This document shows positions 49,008 to 58,953 of a stretch of DNA of 64,000 bases, in pieces. Where the stretch lies: NCBI GenBank assembly GCA_011046135.1, contig DSBG01000137.1, forward strand, positions 23,536 to 87,535, given 5' to 3'. The position numbers and the translations under genes are program-made. The DNA is from Deltaproteobacteria bacterium (GTDB lineage: Bacteria; Desulfobacterota; Desulfomonilia; UBA1062). Each line of letters starts with the position of its first letter. Position 1 is the first letter of the stretch. The notes beneath the pieces were generated by a model. It was given only the letters and a program-made list of their open reading frames with translations. It ran no database searches and was not told where the DNA came from.

Positions 49008-49379
49008 TCAGGGGGTTTCAAGCAGGCTCTGAACCTTGAAGAGGATGACATGGGCCGGTGAAGGTTTCACCAGGTAGAGGTTTGCCCCCGCCTCGTAAAC
49101 GAGCCGTTTGTTTTCAGTGCTCGCCTCGGTGGTGAGCATGATGACAGGAAGATCACGGTACTGTGGGTCCTTCCTGAGTGTGCCGATGAACTCGATCCCG
49201 TCCATGTTGGGCATGTTCAGATCTGAGATTACCAGCGAGATGTCGGAATCCATGGCAAGTTTCTCGAGGGCTTCAAATCCATCTGAGGCCTCGATGCACT
49301 GGAAATTTTTCGGTCTCAGGGCAAGGACCAGGAATTTTCGTGCCGTCGGAGAATCATCCACGATCAGGATTTTGTGCAT
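49008..49379 (-). CDS. CheY-like single-domain response regulator
   Basis: IVDDSPT, SDLNMPNMDG, MLTTE and YLVKP motifs. Confidence 0.9.
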   Translation of the reverse strand: MHKILIVDDSPTARKFLVLALRPKNFQCIEASDGFEALEKLAMDSDISLVISDLNMPNMDGIEFIGTLRKDPQYRDLPVIMLTTEASTENKRLVYEAGANLYLVKPSPAHVILFKVQSLLETP

Positions 49380-49389
49380 AAACGTGCCT

Positions 49390-50253
49390 CTAATCCTTCT
49401 TGTAGGCCAGTGCTCCGGGAAAATGGACGAGCTTGAAGGCACTCGAAATGTTGTGGAGGGATTCTGCGTGGCCGATGAACAGATATCCCCCGGGATTGAG
49501 GTTGTCATAGAGCTGGGAGACGAAGCGTCTCCGGAGATCATCATCGAAGTAGATCAGGACGTTTCTGCAGAAGATGATGTCGAAGCCCCTCATGAGTTCG
49601 ACACGTCGTGCATCCGCAAAGTTCAGGTATCCGGGCTCTACAAGAGACCTGATGTCATCGGAGACGGTGTACAGTCCGTCTCCGTTGGGGGTGAAGTACT
49701 GCTCCTTGATGGTCTGTGGAACCAGTCTGAGGGTGTATTCATTGTACTGAGCTGCACCGGCGGAACGCAGCGCCTTTTCGGAGATGTCGCTCGCCACGAT
49801 CTTCACTTCCCAGGACGGGATGGACTCCTTGAGAACCTCAGTGACGACGATGGCCAGCGTGTACGGTTCATCACCGGTGGAGCACCCGGCGGACCAGAGT
49901 CTCAGGCGTGACTCACCGGCCATCTGTTTCTTCGCCAGGGTTTCGGGGAGAACCTGTTCCTGGAGGGCCTGAATCTGTGTGGGGTTCCTGAAGAAGCTGG
50001 TTTCGTTGGTTGTCACGGAATCGAACAGCGCCCTGAGTTCTCCGCCGGAATCGGGGTCGTACTTGAGCAGGTAGTAGTACTTGTCAAACTCGTTGAGGTT
50101 GTGTGCCTTCAACCGCAGCAGGAGCCTGTTCTCCAGTTGAGACTTCTTGTCATCGGCAAAAAAGATGCCGGAGGTTTCGTAGATGAAATCCCGCAGAAGT
50201 TTGAAGATCTCGTCAGTCATCATCTGAGGGGGAGCGCTCCTGGCTTCAATCAT
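49390..50253 (-). CDS. cheR: Chemotaxis protein-glutamate methyltransferase CheR
   Basis: TTNETSFFR, WSAGCSTGDEPY, ASDIS, FDIIFCRNVLIYF and GHAES motifs. Confidence 0.93.
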   Translation of the reverse strand: MIEARSAPPQMMTDEIFKLLRDFIYETSGIFFADDKKSQLENRLLLRLKAHNLNEFDKYYYLLKYDPDSGGELRALFDSVTTNETSFFRNPTQIQALQEQVLPETLAKKQMAGESRLRLWSAGCSTGDEPYTLAIVVTEVLKESIPSWEVKIVASDISEKALRSAGAAQYNEYTLRLVPQTIKEQYFTPNGDGLYTVSDDIRSLVEPGYLNFADARRVELMRGFDIIFCRNVLIYFDDDLRRRFVSQLYDNLNPGGYLFIGHAESLHNISSAFKLVHFPGALAYKKD

Positions 50254-50257
50254 CACG

Positions 50258-51148
50258 TCACTCCGTCGGGGTCGAATCACTCACGGTGGAGATGTAGTGT
50301 GTCACTTCGTCTCCCAGGGCGTCCATTTCGAAGGTGATTCTCTCGAGATCGAGGTCATCCACCGGGTATCCTCGTTCCTTGAGGATGTTCCAGGAGTCCT
50401 CGTCGCTCAGGATGAAAGACATGCTGTCCCCCCCGCAGGAAAGCTCCTTTGCCTTGGCGAGCTGATTTGCAATGGATATCAGCGAGGTGATGTCAGGAAA
50501 GGATGCCTTCGAAGGGGTGTGGTGCCACAGGATGATGTCTGAGAGGTAGGGAGGAAGGTTCCATTTCTGTGCCAGGTAGAACCCTATGTCCATGTGGGTG
50601 GTTCCGCAGACCTCTTTCTCGATCTGATGGATGGATCGATGCTGCGCAATGGACAGGGTGTGGGCCTCCATGAAGTCTTCGTGAAAATACGCGTCCAGGA
50701 TGATCTTTCCGATGTCATGGAGCAGGCCACCGACAAACTCCCGCCCCTTGGACCTCATGCCGAGTTTCCTGTCAAGGATTCTGGCGATGAGACCTGTTGC
50801 AACAGAATGATTCCAGTAATGCTTTCTGATGGATTCTTCTTCGCTGCTGTCCCGGGGAAGGGAGGACATGATGGAGATGGAGGTGGTGATGTTGATGATC
50901 TGGGTCAAGCCCATGAGAATGATTGCGTTGTGCAGCGTATCAACGGGTTGAGGACTCCTGCGGTAGAACACCGAGTTTGCCATTTTCAGCACCTTGGTCG
51001 CCAGCGGAGGGTCCTGGTGGATGGTCTCGGATAGCTGCCTGATGGAAACCTCGGGAGACTGGGCGAGGGAGAGAACCTCGGTGGCCACGGAAGGGAGAGT
51101 CGGCAGATCTTCTATGGTTCTGATCCGTTCGAAAATGTCTTTTCTCAT
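50258..51148 (-). CDS. HDOD domain protein
   Basis: LPTLP, KVLKMANS, YWNHS, LLHDIGK, H..IG.YLAQKWNLP and HHTP motifs. Confidence 0.9.
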   Translation of the reverse strand: MRKDIFERIRTIEDLPTLPSVATEVLSLAQSPEVSIRQLSETIHQDPPLATKVLKMANSVFYRRSPQPVDTLHNAIILMGLTQIINITTSISIMSSLPRDSSEEESIRKHYWNHSVATGLIARILDRKLGMRSKGREFVGGLLHDIGKIILDAYFHEDFMEAHTLSIAQHRSIHQIEKEVCGTTHMDIGFYLAQKWNLPPYLSDIILWHHTPSKASFPDITSLISIANQLAKAKELSCGGDSMSFILSDEDSWNILKERGYPVDDLDLERITFEMDALGDEVTHYISTVSDSTPTE

Positions 51149-51149
51149 C

Positions 51150-53063
51150 TCAGAATGACACCCCCTGCAGCCTGTCGATTGCCTCGGAAACAGCCCGGGC
51201 AACATCGAGATTGTCATCGTCGGCGTAGAGTTCGAGTTCGCGGACCAACGATGCGTCTTCCCACCTTCCGAGGGATTTTGCCGCCGTTATTCTCAAGAAC
51301 TCCGATCCGGTTCCCAGCACCTCCAGGAGCTTCCTTTTTGCATCCTCATCCCTGAACTGCCCCAGGGACTCCAGCGCATGGGATGCATCCCGCAGGGAGG
51401 ACGAGTCGGCCGCTTCGTCAAGACAGGCACGCAACTCGTTGATTTTTCGTGCTCCTATGAGGTCGAGGGCCATCTGGCGGACCGGAGCATGGTCATCTCC
51501 GAGAAAGGAGAGGATGAGATCTCTGCCCACATCGAGGGTATTGTCCCGGATCGCTCGTACTGACGCAGCACGCACCCCGGGGTCGTGATCCGTGGAGAGC
51601 CGTACGGCTGCGTCCTTAAGCAGGGGGCTCTGCATCGTGTACAGCCCTTGTAACCCAGTGACTCTCTCTTCGGAGGTTGTTCCCCTGATCAGGGACATGA
51701 AAATCCCCTGAGCAGTCTCGCCACCTATTTTTGCGACGGCATTCAGTGCCGCAGCCCGTACGTCGGGGTACCGGTGGGAAAGGAGCACTGAAATTTGAAT
51801 GCTGTCTTCGGCTGTTCCGAAAACACTGAGCGCACGAAGTGCCGCAGTGATGACATGCCCGTCATCATCGTCCAGCAGAGTCACGAACAAGTCACGGTGA
51901 GATGGGCCGCCGATCCGTGCAAGGGCATCTACCAGGGAGCGTTTTGCATACCCGTGTGCTGAAGGGACCCGTTGTGCAATACGTCGGGCCTCCTCTTCAC
52001 CCCCGCACTGAGCGAGGACCTCCGCTGCGAGAATCTGGAGCTTTTCCTGATGATCGAGCAGTTCCAGCATCATGACGGGTGAATTCAGTGCGACGAGGGT
52101 CGAACGAATGGCATCCCACTGCCTCGGCTGGGTATCGGGTTCTCTTTGAGAGGCAAGCTCAATCAGAACCGGTATCGTCTCTGTATCTCCGATGACACAG
52201 AGTGCTGCGAGAAATGTCAGGAGAGGTTCATCCTCCGCGGACAGGAGGAGGGTTTCAACACGCGTTTTGATGAGTGTTCGTTCCGCTACACCAAGGGTCA
52301 CGATGTCATGGGCGGGGAGAATGGTGAGGATCGTAGAGACGAGGGCTGACTGAAGACCCTCCGCGGCGTCTCTGAGCATGGATGTAAGGACCGGTAGGCT
52401 CTGTGGAGAACGCGCGTTCCCAAGAGCCTCGAGGATGGCAAGGACTGACATTTCATCGTCTGATCGCCGTTCGAGTTCGTCCACGAGAAAATCCACCGCG
52501 TCACCGTGGGGGATCTTCGCCAGGGCCTCGATCACGGAAAAGCGTATCCACTCGTGCTCATCGTTCTCAGAGAGCATGGGTTCCAGGATTGGGAGGGCCT
52601 TCGGATCACCGAGCACCCCCAGTGAGATGACACAGGCATTCCTCACGTTGGGATTTTCATCCGAGAGGCCTTTCATGAGGGTGTCGAGACTTTCAGCTCT
52701 GGCGATACTGCCCAGGATATCACAGATGAAGAGACGGACATTGTCATTGCTGTGAGATGCGTGGAAATGCAGGATATCCAATCCGTCCTCTCCAACCTTT
52801 CTGAGGAGATCCATGGCCGAGTTCCGCACCGAGATCTCCTGTCTGGAGAGGAGCGGTACGAGCCTCTCGACGGTCGATCTTCCTCCCAGCAGGAGCAGTC
52901 CGTTGAACGCTGCATCCCTGACCCCGCTGTTCGAATCCTCGAGGAGCCCGACCAGCCGATCTATGGCCTCCTCGTTCCCCTGGCCGGCAAGCACTAGTGC
53001 GGCTTCACGACGCTCGGCAGGGTCGTGTGACGTCACCTTGTCATCCATCATCGAACTGTCCAT
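51150..53063 (-). CDS. HEAT (PBS lyase-like) repeat protein
   Basis: Many D...VR..A...LG repeats across 637 aa. Confidence 0.88.
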   Translation of the reverse strand: MDSSMMDDKVTSHDPAERREAALVLAGQGNEEAIDRLVGLLEDSNSGVRDAAFNGLLLLGGRSTVERLVPLLSRQEISVRNSAMDLLRKVGEDGLDILHFHASHSNDNVRLFICDILGSIARAESLDTLMKGLSDENPNVRNACVISLGVLGDPKALPILEPMLSENDEHEWIRFSVIEALAKIPHGDAVDFLVDELERRSDDEMSVLAILEALGNARSPQSLPVLTSMLRDAAEGLQSALVSTILTILPAHDIVTLGVAERTLIKTRVETLLLSAEDEPLLTFLAALCVIGDTETIPVLIELASQREPDTQPRQWDAIRSTLVALNSPVMMLELLDHQEKLQILAAEVLAQCGGEEEARRIAQRVPSAHGYAKRSLVDALARIGGPSHRDLFVTLLDDDDGHVITAALRALSVFGTAEDSIQISVLLSHRYPDVRAAALNAVAKIGGETAQGIFMSLIRGTTSEERVTGLQGLYTMQSPLLKDAAVRLSTDHDPGVRAASVRAIRDNTLDVGRDLILSFLGDDHAPVRQMALDLIGARKINELRACLDEAADSSSLRDASHALESLGQFRDEDAKRKLLEVLGTGSEFLRITAAKSLGRWEDASLVRELELYADDDNLDVARAVSEAIDRLQGVSF

Positions 53064-53140
53064 GATTCTATTCCTGACTGCTCCTTCAGGGTGGGGAGTG
53101 CTTCCCTCACGTACCCTCTCTCTTCATCGCGCGGACCTGT

Positions 53141-53737
53141 TCAGTGCATGTCAAACTGGATGAATGCGACATCTCGGATGTGGTACTGCTGCAGGTCACG
53201 CCGGAGCATGTCTGTGAGTTCGTTCTTTGAATACAGGGTGCTGTTTTCGGAAAGCCGCGTGTAGATGAGGCTGCGCAGGTCGAATAGTCTGCTGTATACG
53301 TTCGACTCTCTCTCGAGGTCTGTCTGGAGACTCACCTGGGCAATGAGCACCCCGATCCCTGAATTCTCGTTCCTGGGTTCGGTGAGGATCACGAAAGGGT
53401 CAAGGACGACCTCCTTCTGCCAGTGGGGGATTCTCTGGAAGACAGGAACCGGTGGCTCTTCAACGGGACCGTTCCCGGGTGGGAGACGCATGAACAGAAT
53501 GGTCCCGGCGATAACGGCAATGAAGCCGGAAAGGCCCAGGAGCGACATCACCACAGTACGGCTTCTGAACTGAGTTCTCCGGAAAAACGTGGACGATGGT
53601 TCCTGAGGATCTCTCTGCGGATCGGGTGCGTTCTCTTCGTGCCTGATCCCCTCCGTGTCGAGAGCGTCCTTCGAGGCGGGATCGAGGGGAATGCCTTCTT
53701 TGTCGAGATCGGCCTTCTTGCCGGAGCGTTCAGACAC
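53141..53737 (-). CDS. FliL-like flagellar basal body-associated protein
   Basis: Acidic N-terminus, single TM, then VVLDPFVI...VSLQ...RSLIY..LS FliL-type pattern. Confidence 0.6.
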   Translation of the reverse strand: MSERSGKKADLDKEGIPLDPASKDALDTEGIRHEENAPDPQRDPQEPSSTFFRRTQFRSRTVVMSLLGLSGFIAVIAGTILFMRLPPGNGPVEEPPVPVFQRIPHWQKEVVLDPFVILTEPRNENSGIGVLIAQVSLQTDLERESNVYSRLFDLRSLIYTRLSENSTLYSKNELTDMLRRDLQQYHIRDVAFIQFDMH

Positions 53738-53746
53738 GGTCTTCCC

Positions 53747-54130
53747 TCACGAGCTGAAGAGCTGGTTGATCTTCTGGCTCAAGGTTTCGGCGGTGAAGGG
53801 CTTGACGATATAGTTGTTCACACCGGATTTCACGGCCTCGATGATGTTCTCCTGCTGGGCCTCAGCCGTGACCATGAGGAAGGGAATGGGCCTCAGGGCA
53901 TCATCAGCCTTCATGACCTTCAGGAGTTCAAGGCCGGTCATCTTGGGCATGTTCCAGTCGGATATCACCATGGCGATCTTTTCCCTCTGGAGGATCTCAA
54001 GGGCTGTCGATCCGTCGTCAGCCTCGATGATATTGGTGAAGTTGAGCTGTCTGAGGATGTTTCTCACGATCCTTCTCATGGTGGAGAAATCATCAACAAC
54101 GAGCACCTTCATAGTCTTATCAAGAGCCAT
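53747..54130 (-). CDS. cheY: Chemotaxis response regulator CheY
   Basis: [22 protein letters not shown] and [11 protein letters not shown] motifs. Confidence 0.95.
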   Translation of the reverse strand: MALDKTMKVLVVDDFSTMRRIVRNILRQLNFTNIIEADDGSTALEILQREKIAMVISDWNMPKMTGLELLKVMKADDALRPIPFLMVTAEAQQENIIEAVKSGVNNYIVKPFTAETLSQKINQLFSS

Positions 54131-54179
54131 ACATCCTCCGTGTCCTTCTCCTGTTCATCGAACTCTTGCCTCGCTATCT

Positions 54180-54953
54180 CTAGACGACGGCGACCTCCTT
54201 AAAGATTTTTTGCATCTTTGAGCGGAGCCTCAGAATCGCCTTGGTATGGATCTGAGACACCCTGGATTCCGTGAACTTCAGTACGTTGCCGATTTCCTTC
54301 ATGGTGAGTTCATCGTAATAGTACAGCGAGATCACCATGCGCTCCTTTTCGGGTAGTGAGATAATCGTTTTGACCACCATCTCCCTGATTTCTGCATAGC
54401 GCAGTTTGTGGGAGGGCCATTCCTTCTCGTCCTGAATGATGAATTCCAGGATATTTCGTTTGGACATGTCCGTATCGTCTTCGCCGAGGTCATCGAGGCT
54501 CAGCAGTGAAACAGAGGAGGTTTCGGAGAGGAGTTTGTAGAACGACTCCAGGTCGATATTCATCTCCTGTGCCACCTCTTCGTCACTGGCCGGCCGTCCC
54601 AACTGGAACTCCAGTCTCGTATAGGCGTCTTCGACCTTCCTCGCCTTCTGCCTGATGGATCGGGGCACCCAGTCCATGGACCTGAGTTCATCGAGGATCG
54701 CACCGCGGATCCTGAACTCCGCGTAGGTTTTAAACTTGATCTGCTTGCTCGAATCGAACTTTTCTATGGCATCCATCAGTCCGATTACACCGGCATTGAT
54801 CAGATCGTTCAGGTCGATGTGCGGCGGGAGGCGAAGGGCTATACGGGATGCGATATACTTGATCAGCGGAGAAAACTCGCCGATGATCTTTGCCCTGACC
54901 TTGGGGTTGAGCTTCTGCGCCTCAGTAAGTTCCGTGTATGCGATATCCTGCAT
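54180..54953 (-). CDS. fliA: Flagellar sigma factor sigma28
   Basis: YAEFRIRGAILDELRSMDWVPRS and TESRVSQIH motifs. Confidence 0.95.
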   Translation of the reverse strand: MQDIAYTELTEAQKLNPKVRAKIIGEFSPLIKYIASRIALRLPPHIDLNDLINAGVIGLMDAIEKFDSSKQIKFKTYAEFRIRGAILDELRSMDWVPRSIRQKARKVEDAYTRLEFQLGRPASDEEVAQEMNIDLESFYKLLSETSSVSLLSLDDLGEDDTDMSKRNILEFIIQDEKEWPSHKLRYAEIREMVVKTIISLPEKERMVISLYYYDELTMKEIGNVLKFTESRVSQIHTKAILRLRSKMQKIFKEVAVV

Positions 54954-55824
54954 GATCCGACCCTTTCATCTGGTGTAACAGCATTCTTCTCAAGAAGAAC
55001 TGAAGATTTCCATTCGTCTGAAGGCGGGAGGATTTTTCAAGGCGCTTTACGATACGCCCCAGTCGCAGCGCCGTCTCTCCGTTCGGGTTGACCCCGACAA
55101 ATGCCTTCTGCCCCTTGATGCACTCGGTGATGGTCTCGTCATGCGGTACTGAACCGAGCATCTCCAGGGCGACGTCCCCCAAAAACCTCTCACATACCAT
55201 CATCAGTTTCCCTGCCACCTGATCTCCCTCCATCTTGGATATGACATTGTTCACGATGAGGTCGAACTGCTTCACCCCATGCTTTTTCCACAGTACCTTG
55301 ATGAGTGCATACGCATCGGTAATCGAGGTGGGTTCAGCGCTGACCACCACGATCACACGCTGAGCCGCGGCATTGAAGTACATCACATTCCTGGAGATGC
55401 CGGCCCCGGTATCGATGATCATGTAGTCGATATCGTGATTGAAGTAGTCCAGAGAGTTCATCAGGCTGAGCTGCTGCTGAGGACTGAGGTCGACCAGTTC
55501 CTGGATGCCTGAGGAGGCGGGGATGACTTGGATCCCCTCGGGTCCTTTTACCATGATGTCTTCGAGTGGACACTGCCCGTCGAGGACATGCTTGATGGTG
55601 CGCTTCGGTGTCAGGCCCAGCATCACGTCCACGTTTGCAAGTCCCAGGTCGGCATCGAAGACCAGAACGCGATGCCCCTTACTGGCGAGCATGATCGCCA
55701 TGTTGATGACCAGGGTGGTTTTTCCCACGCCACCTTTCCCCGATGTCACGGACAGCACCTTCGGCTGGGGGTGAGCAGTTCCCTTTTCAAAGAGTTTTCT
55801 CAAGGTATGGGCCTGATCCTTCAT
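54922..55824 (-). CDS. flhG: Flagellar number regulator FlhG/FleN (MinD-like ATPase)
   Basis: DQA..LR N-terminal motif, SGKGGVGKT, DADLGLANVD and EPTSITDAYA; ATGA overlap with flhF. Confidence 0.92.
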   Translation of the reverse strand: MKDQAHTLRKLFEKGTAHPQPKVLSVTSGKGGVGKTTLVINMAIMLASKGHRVLVFDADLGLANVDVMLGLTPKRTIKHVLDGQCPLEDIMVKGPEGIQVIPASSGIQELVDLSPQQQLSLMNSLDYFNHDIDYMIIDTGAGISRNVMYFNAAAQRVIVVVSAEPTSITDAYALIKVLWKKHGVKQFDLIVNNVISKMEGDQVAGKLMMVCERFLGDVALEMLGSVPHDETITECIKGQKAFVGVNPNGETALRLGRIVKRLEKSSRLQTNGNLQFFLRRMLLHQMKGSDHAGYRIHGTY

Positions 55825-56894
55825 GCCGTTTCTCCCAGAGACAACGTGATAATGTTCGATGTTGTCGCAGGCTCGATATCCTCCGGCACCCGCTGCCCCG
55901 TGGTGAGGTAGGATATGGGGATACGGAAGAGAAGGTTGTGGGTGATCAGTGAACCGAAGGTTGCCGCCTCGTCTGCCTTGGTGAAGATCATGCTCCTGAT
56001 GTCGAGCCTGGAAAAGCTTTTCATGGTGATGTCCATCTCCCTGTCCCTGGTGGCCACCGGCATGAGAAGGATCTTGCATGCGGCAACCCCTGTGAAGTAG
56101 TCTGAGAGCCCGGTGATGTACTCATCGCACAGTGCTGATCTGCCCATGGTGTCCACGAGAATTCTGTCCATATCCTTCAGGCGGGAGAGGGTGCCTTTGA
56201 ACTCGCTGGGGGTAGTGACGGAGAAGAAGGGAATGTTCAGTATCTTCGCGTAGATCTTCCCCTGGTCCACGGCACCGATCCGGTAGGTGTCCAGGGTGAT
56301 GATGGCCACACGTTTTGACTCGTTGAACACGGACGATGCGGCGATCTTTGCCATGGTCGTTGTCTTGCCCACGCCGGTGGTTCCGAGAAACACCCAGACA
56401 GGATCCCGGGGCACCTCCATGGTTCGGATGAGCTTGGAAAGGATATCCTTGACGGAGGCCATGTCCGTTGTCTTACCGAGCTTTCTCAGGATGAGGTCCA
56501 CCAGCGATTGCCTGATCCCGCGGGAGATCAGCCGGTCCCTGAGGGGGTTGGTTTTCTGTGCCCCAGGACCAGAGGCGGCAATGAGTTCTCTCATCATCTT
56601 CTTGAGTTCGATGATCTCGCCGGAGATGCCGATCTGATCGTCTCCCTCGGGGAGCGGGTCCGTCTGGTAACCCGTCCTGTGGGAAGGGGATCGAGGATCG
56701 CAGGCATGGGTGTTGTAGAGCCCTTTGTCATAATCAACGGCGGCGATGATCTCGATCATCGGTTGAGACAGAATACCGAAACGTCCGTCCTTGACCTCTC
56801 TGGTGGAGATGATGACGGCATCACGGCCAAGCTCGTTCTTCACCTGCGAAAGGGCATCTCTCATGGACTGAGCGGTGTAGGTCTTAATTTGCAT
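55821..56894 (-). CDS. flhF: Flagellar biosynthesis GTPase FlhF
   Basis: MQIKTY..VK.ELG.DAVI, GTTGVGKTT, DTYRIGA, TKADE and TGQRVPEDI motifs. Confidence 0.92.
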   Translation of the reverse strand: MQIKTYTAQSMRDALSQVKNELGRDAVIISTREVKDGRFGILSQPMIEIIAAVDYDKGLYNTHACDPRSPSHRTGYQTDPLPEGDDQIGISGEIIELKKMMRELIAASGPGAQKTNPLRDRLISRGIRQSLVDLILRKLGKTTDMASVKDILSKLIRTMEVPRDPVWVFLGTTGVGKTTTMAKIAASSVFNESKRVAIITLDTYRIGAVDQGKIYAKILNIPFFSVTTPSEFKGTLSRLKDMDRILVDTMGRSALCDEYITGLSDYFTGVAACKILLMPVATRDREMDITMKSFSRLDIRSMIFTKADEAATFGSLITHNLLFRIPISYLTTGQRVPEDIEPATTSNIITLSLGETA

Positions 56895-58953
56895 CGATTC
56901 TCACCATCCCCACATTCTTAATGGTAACCTCGGGTGGGATTTCATTATGTGAGAGCACAACGAGGTCGGGCATGTAGCGTTCGGAAAGCCGTTTGACGTA
57001 TGCCCTGCTGACAGGTGATGTGAGCAGGACGGGAACCACTCCTTGTTTGCCCACGTTGTGCACCTCCTTGTTCAATGTCATGAGTATTTTCTGTGATTTG
57101 TCCGGATCTAATGCAAGATATGAACCATGTTCGGTGTGCTGAACCGAGTTCGAGATGAGGCCGTCCAGAGAAGGATCCAGGGCCAGAACGGAAATCGTGT
57201 TCTTCTGAATGTAGGGGACGCTGATAATACGCATGAGGGCTTGTCTGACATATTCCGTCAAAATATCGGGATCCTTGGTCATGGGACCGAAGTCTGCGAG
57301 GGTCTCCAGGATGGTCAGGATATTCTTGATGGAGACCTTTTCCTTGAGGAGGTTCCTCAGAACACGCAGCACGATTCCCGCGGGCAGGATCACGGGTATG
57401 AGTTCTTCAACCACCTTGGGGTGGGTTCTTGACACGGTATCAAGGATGGACTGGAGTTCCTGCCTTCCCAGGAGATCGTGGGCGTTTCTCTTGATGGCTT
57501 CTGTGAGATGGGTGGCGATCACGGTGGCGCAGTCCACAACGGTCAATCCCGCAAGCTGAGCTCGCTCGCTGTCCGCCTTCTTGATCCAGAGTGCAGGGAG
57601 GCCGAAGGCCGGTTCCTTGAAGGGAATACCCGGGATGTCTGTCTCCAGTTCCTCTGGGTTCAGGACCAGGAGGCGGTCGGGCATCGCCTCCGATCGGGCG
57701 ATCTCGGAGCCTTTGAGCATGAGCTTGTACTCGTTGGGTTTGAGCTCCAGGTTGTCTCGAACATGAATGGGAGGGACGATGATTCCGAGGTCTCCGGCTA
57801 CCGTTCGTCTCATTCCCTTGATTCGGGTGAGCAATTCCCCCCCCTGGGAGATATCCACCAGCGGGATGAGGGCATACCCGACTTCAAACTCGAGGAGATC
57901 CACGGGAAGCAGGCTTTCGGGAGACACCTCTTCAGCGGCCTGGGGTTCCTCTTCCTCCTCCTCCGCCTGCTTGTACCTCAGACTGATCCACCCGATGACG
58001 CCCATGAGCGAAGCGATGGACAGAAAAGCGAGGTGCGGCATCCCGGGCACCAGTCCGAAGCAGAAGATGATCCCTGCAGCGGTAAACAGGGCCATGGGCT
58101 GAAAGGAGAGCTGCTCTGAGAGCTGCATTCCGATGGACTTGTCTGCCGCGGACTGGGTCACCACGATGCCGGCTGCAGAGGATATGATGAGCGCCGGGAT
58201 CTGGGAAACGAGCCCGTCGCCGATGGTCAGGGTGGTGTAGGTGGTCAGTGCGTCTTTGAAGGCCATGTCGTTCTGCATGACGCCGATGATGATGCCCCCG
58301 ATGATATTGATGAAGGTGATGACGATTCCTGCAATGGCGTCACCCCGAACGAATTTCGTGGCGCCATCCATGGCCCCGTAGAATTCCGCTTCTCTGCCGA
58401 TGTGCTCCCGGCGTTTTCTCGCCTGTTCCTCGGTGATCATCCCCGAATTCAGGTCTGCATCAATAGCCATCTGCTTGCCCGGCATGGCATCCAGGGTGAA
58501 CCGTGCCGTGACTTCACCGATACGGGTTGCACCCTTGGTGATGACGACGAAATTGATGAGCACGAAGATGGAAAAGACCACGAGACCAACCACGTAACTG
58601 CCCCCCACAACGAACTGACCGAAGGTGTTGATCACTCTGCCTGCCGCGAGTTCCCCCTCGGACCCGTGGAGCAGAATGATCCGAGTGGAAGCGATGTTGA
58701 GTGCGAGGCGGTACAGGGTGACCACCAGCAGCAGGGAGGGGAACACTGAAAAATTCAGCGGGTTGGTGGTATACATGCTCACCATGAGGATGATGATCCC
58801 GATGGTGATGCTGAAGGTCAGGAGAATATCGAGGAAAAAGGTCGGCAGCGGAATAAGGACGATGAAGAGAACGGTGAGGACCCCGATGGCCATGAAGAGG
58901 TCGCTGGCGATATGACGGGAAAAGGGCAGCTGAACGGGGAGGTTCCGTTCCAT
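56884..58953 (-). CDS. flhA: Flagellar export protein FlhA
   Basis: ARFTLDAMPGKQMAIDADL, FYGAMDGA.KFVRGDA and IGDGLVSQIP motifs. Confidence 0.97.
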   Translation of the reverse strand: MERNLPVQLPFSRHIASDLFMAIGVLTVLFIVLIPLPTFFLDILLTFSITIGIIILMVSMYTTNPLNFSVFPSLLLVVTLYRLALNIASTRIILLHGSEGELAAGRVINTFGQFVVGGSYVVGLVVFSIFVLINFVVITKGATRIGEVTARFTLDAMPGKQMAIDADLNSGMITEEQARKRREHIGREAEFYGAMDGATKFVRGDAIAGIVITFINIIGGIIIGVMQNDMAFKDALTTYTTLTIGDGLVSQIPALIISSAAGIVVTQSAADKSIGMQLSEQLSFQPMALFTAAGIIFCFGLVPGMPHLAFLSIASLMGVIGWISLRYKQAEEEEEEPQAAEEVSPESLLPVDLLEFEVGYALIPLVDISQGGELLTRIKGMRRTVAGDLGIIVPPIHVRDNLELKPNEYKLMLKGSEIARSEAMPDRLLVLNPEELETDIPGIPFKEPAFGLPALWIKKADSERAQLAGLTVVDCATVIATHLTEAIKRNAHDLLGRQELQSILDTVSRTHPKVVEELIPVILPAGIVLRVLRNLLKEKVSIKNILTILETLADFGPMTKDPDILTEYVRQALMRIISVPYIQKNTISVLALDPSLDGLISNSVQHTEHGSYLALDPDKSQKILMTLNKEVHNVGKQGVVPVLLTSPVSRAYVKRLSERYMPDLVVLSHNEIPPEVTIKNVGMVRIDAN

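Noticed and set aside
54150-54185. Sigma28 promoter upstream of cheY (TAGA-N16-TTCGATGA on the minus strand)
   Set aside because: Only a partial match to TAAA-N15-GCCGATAA and the spacing is off by one; too weak to call.
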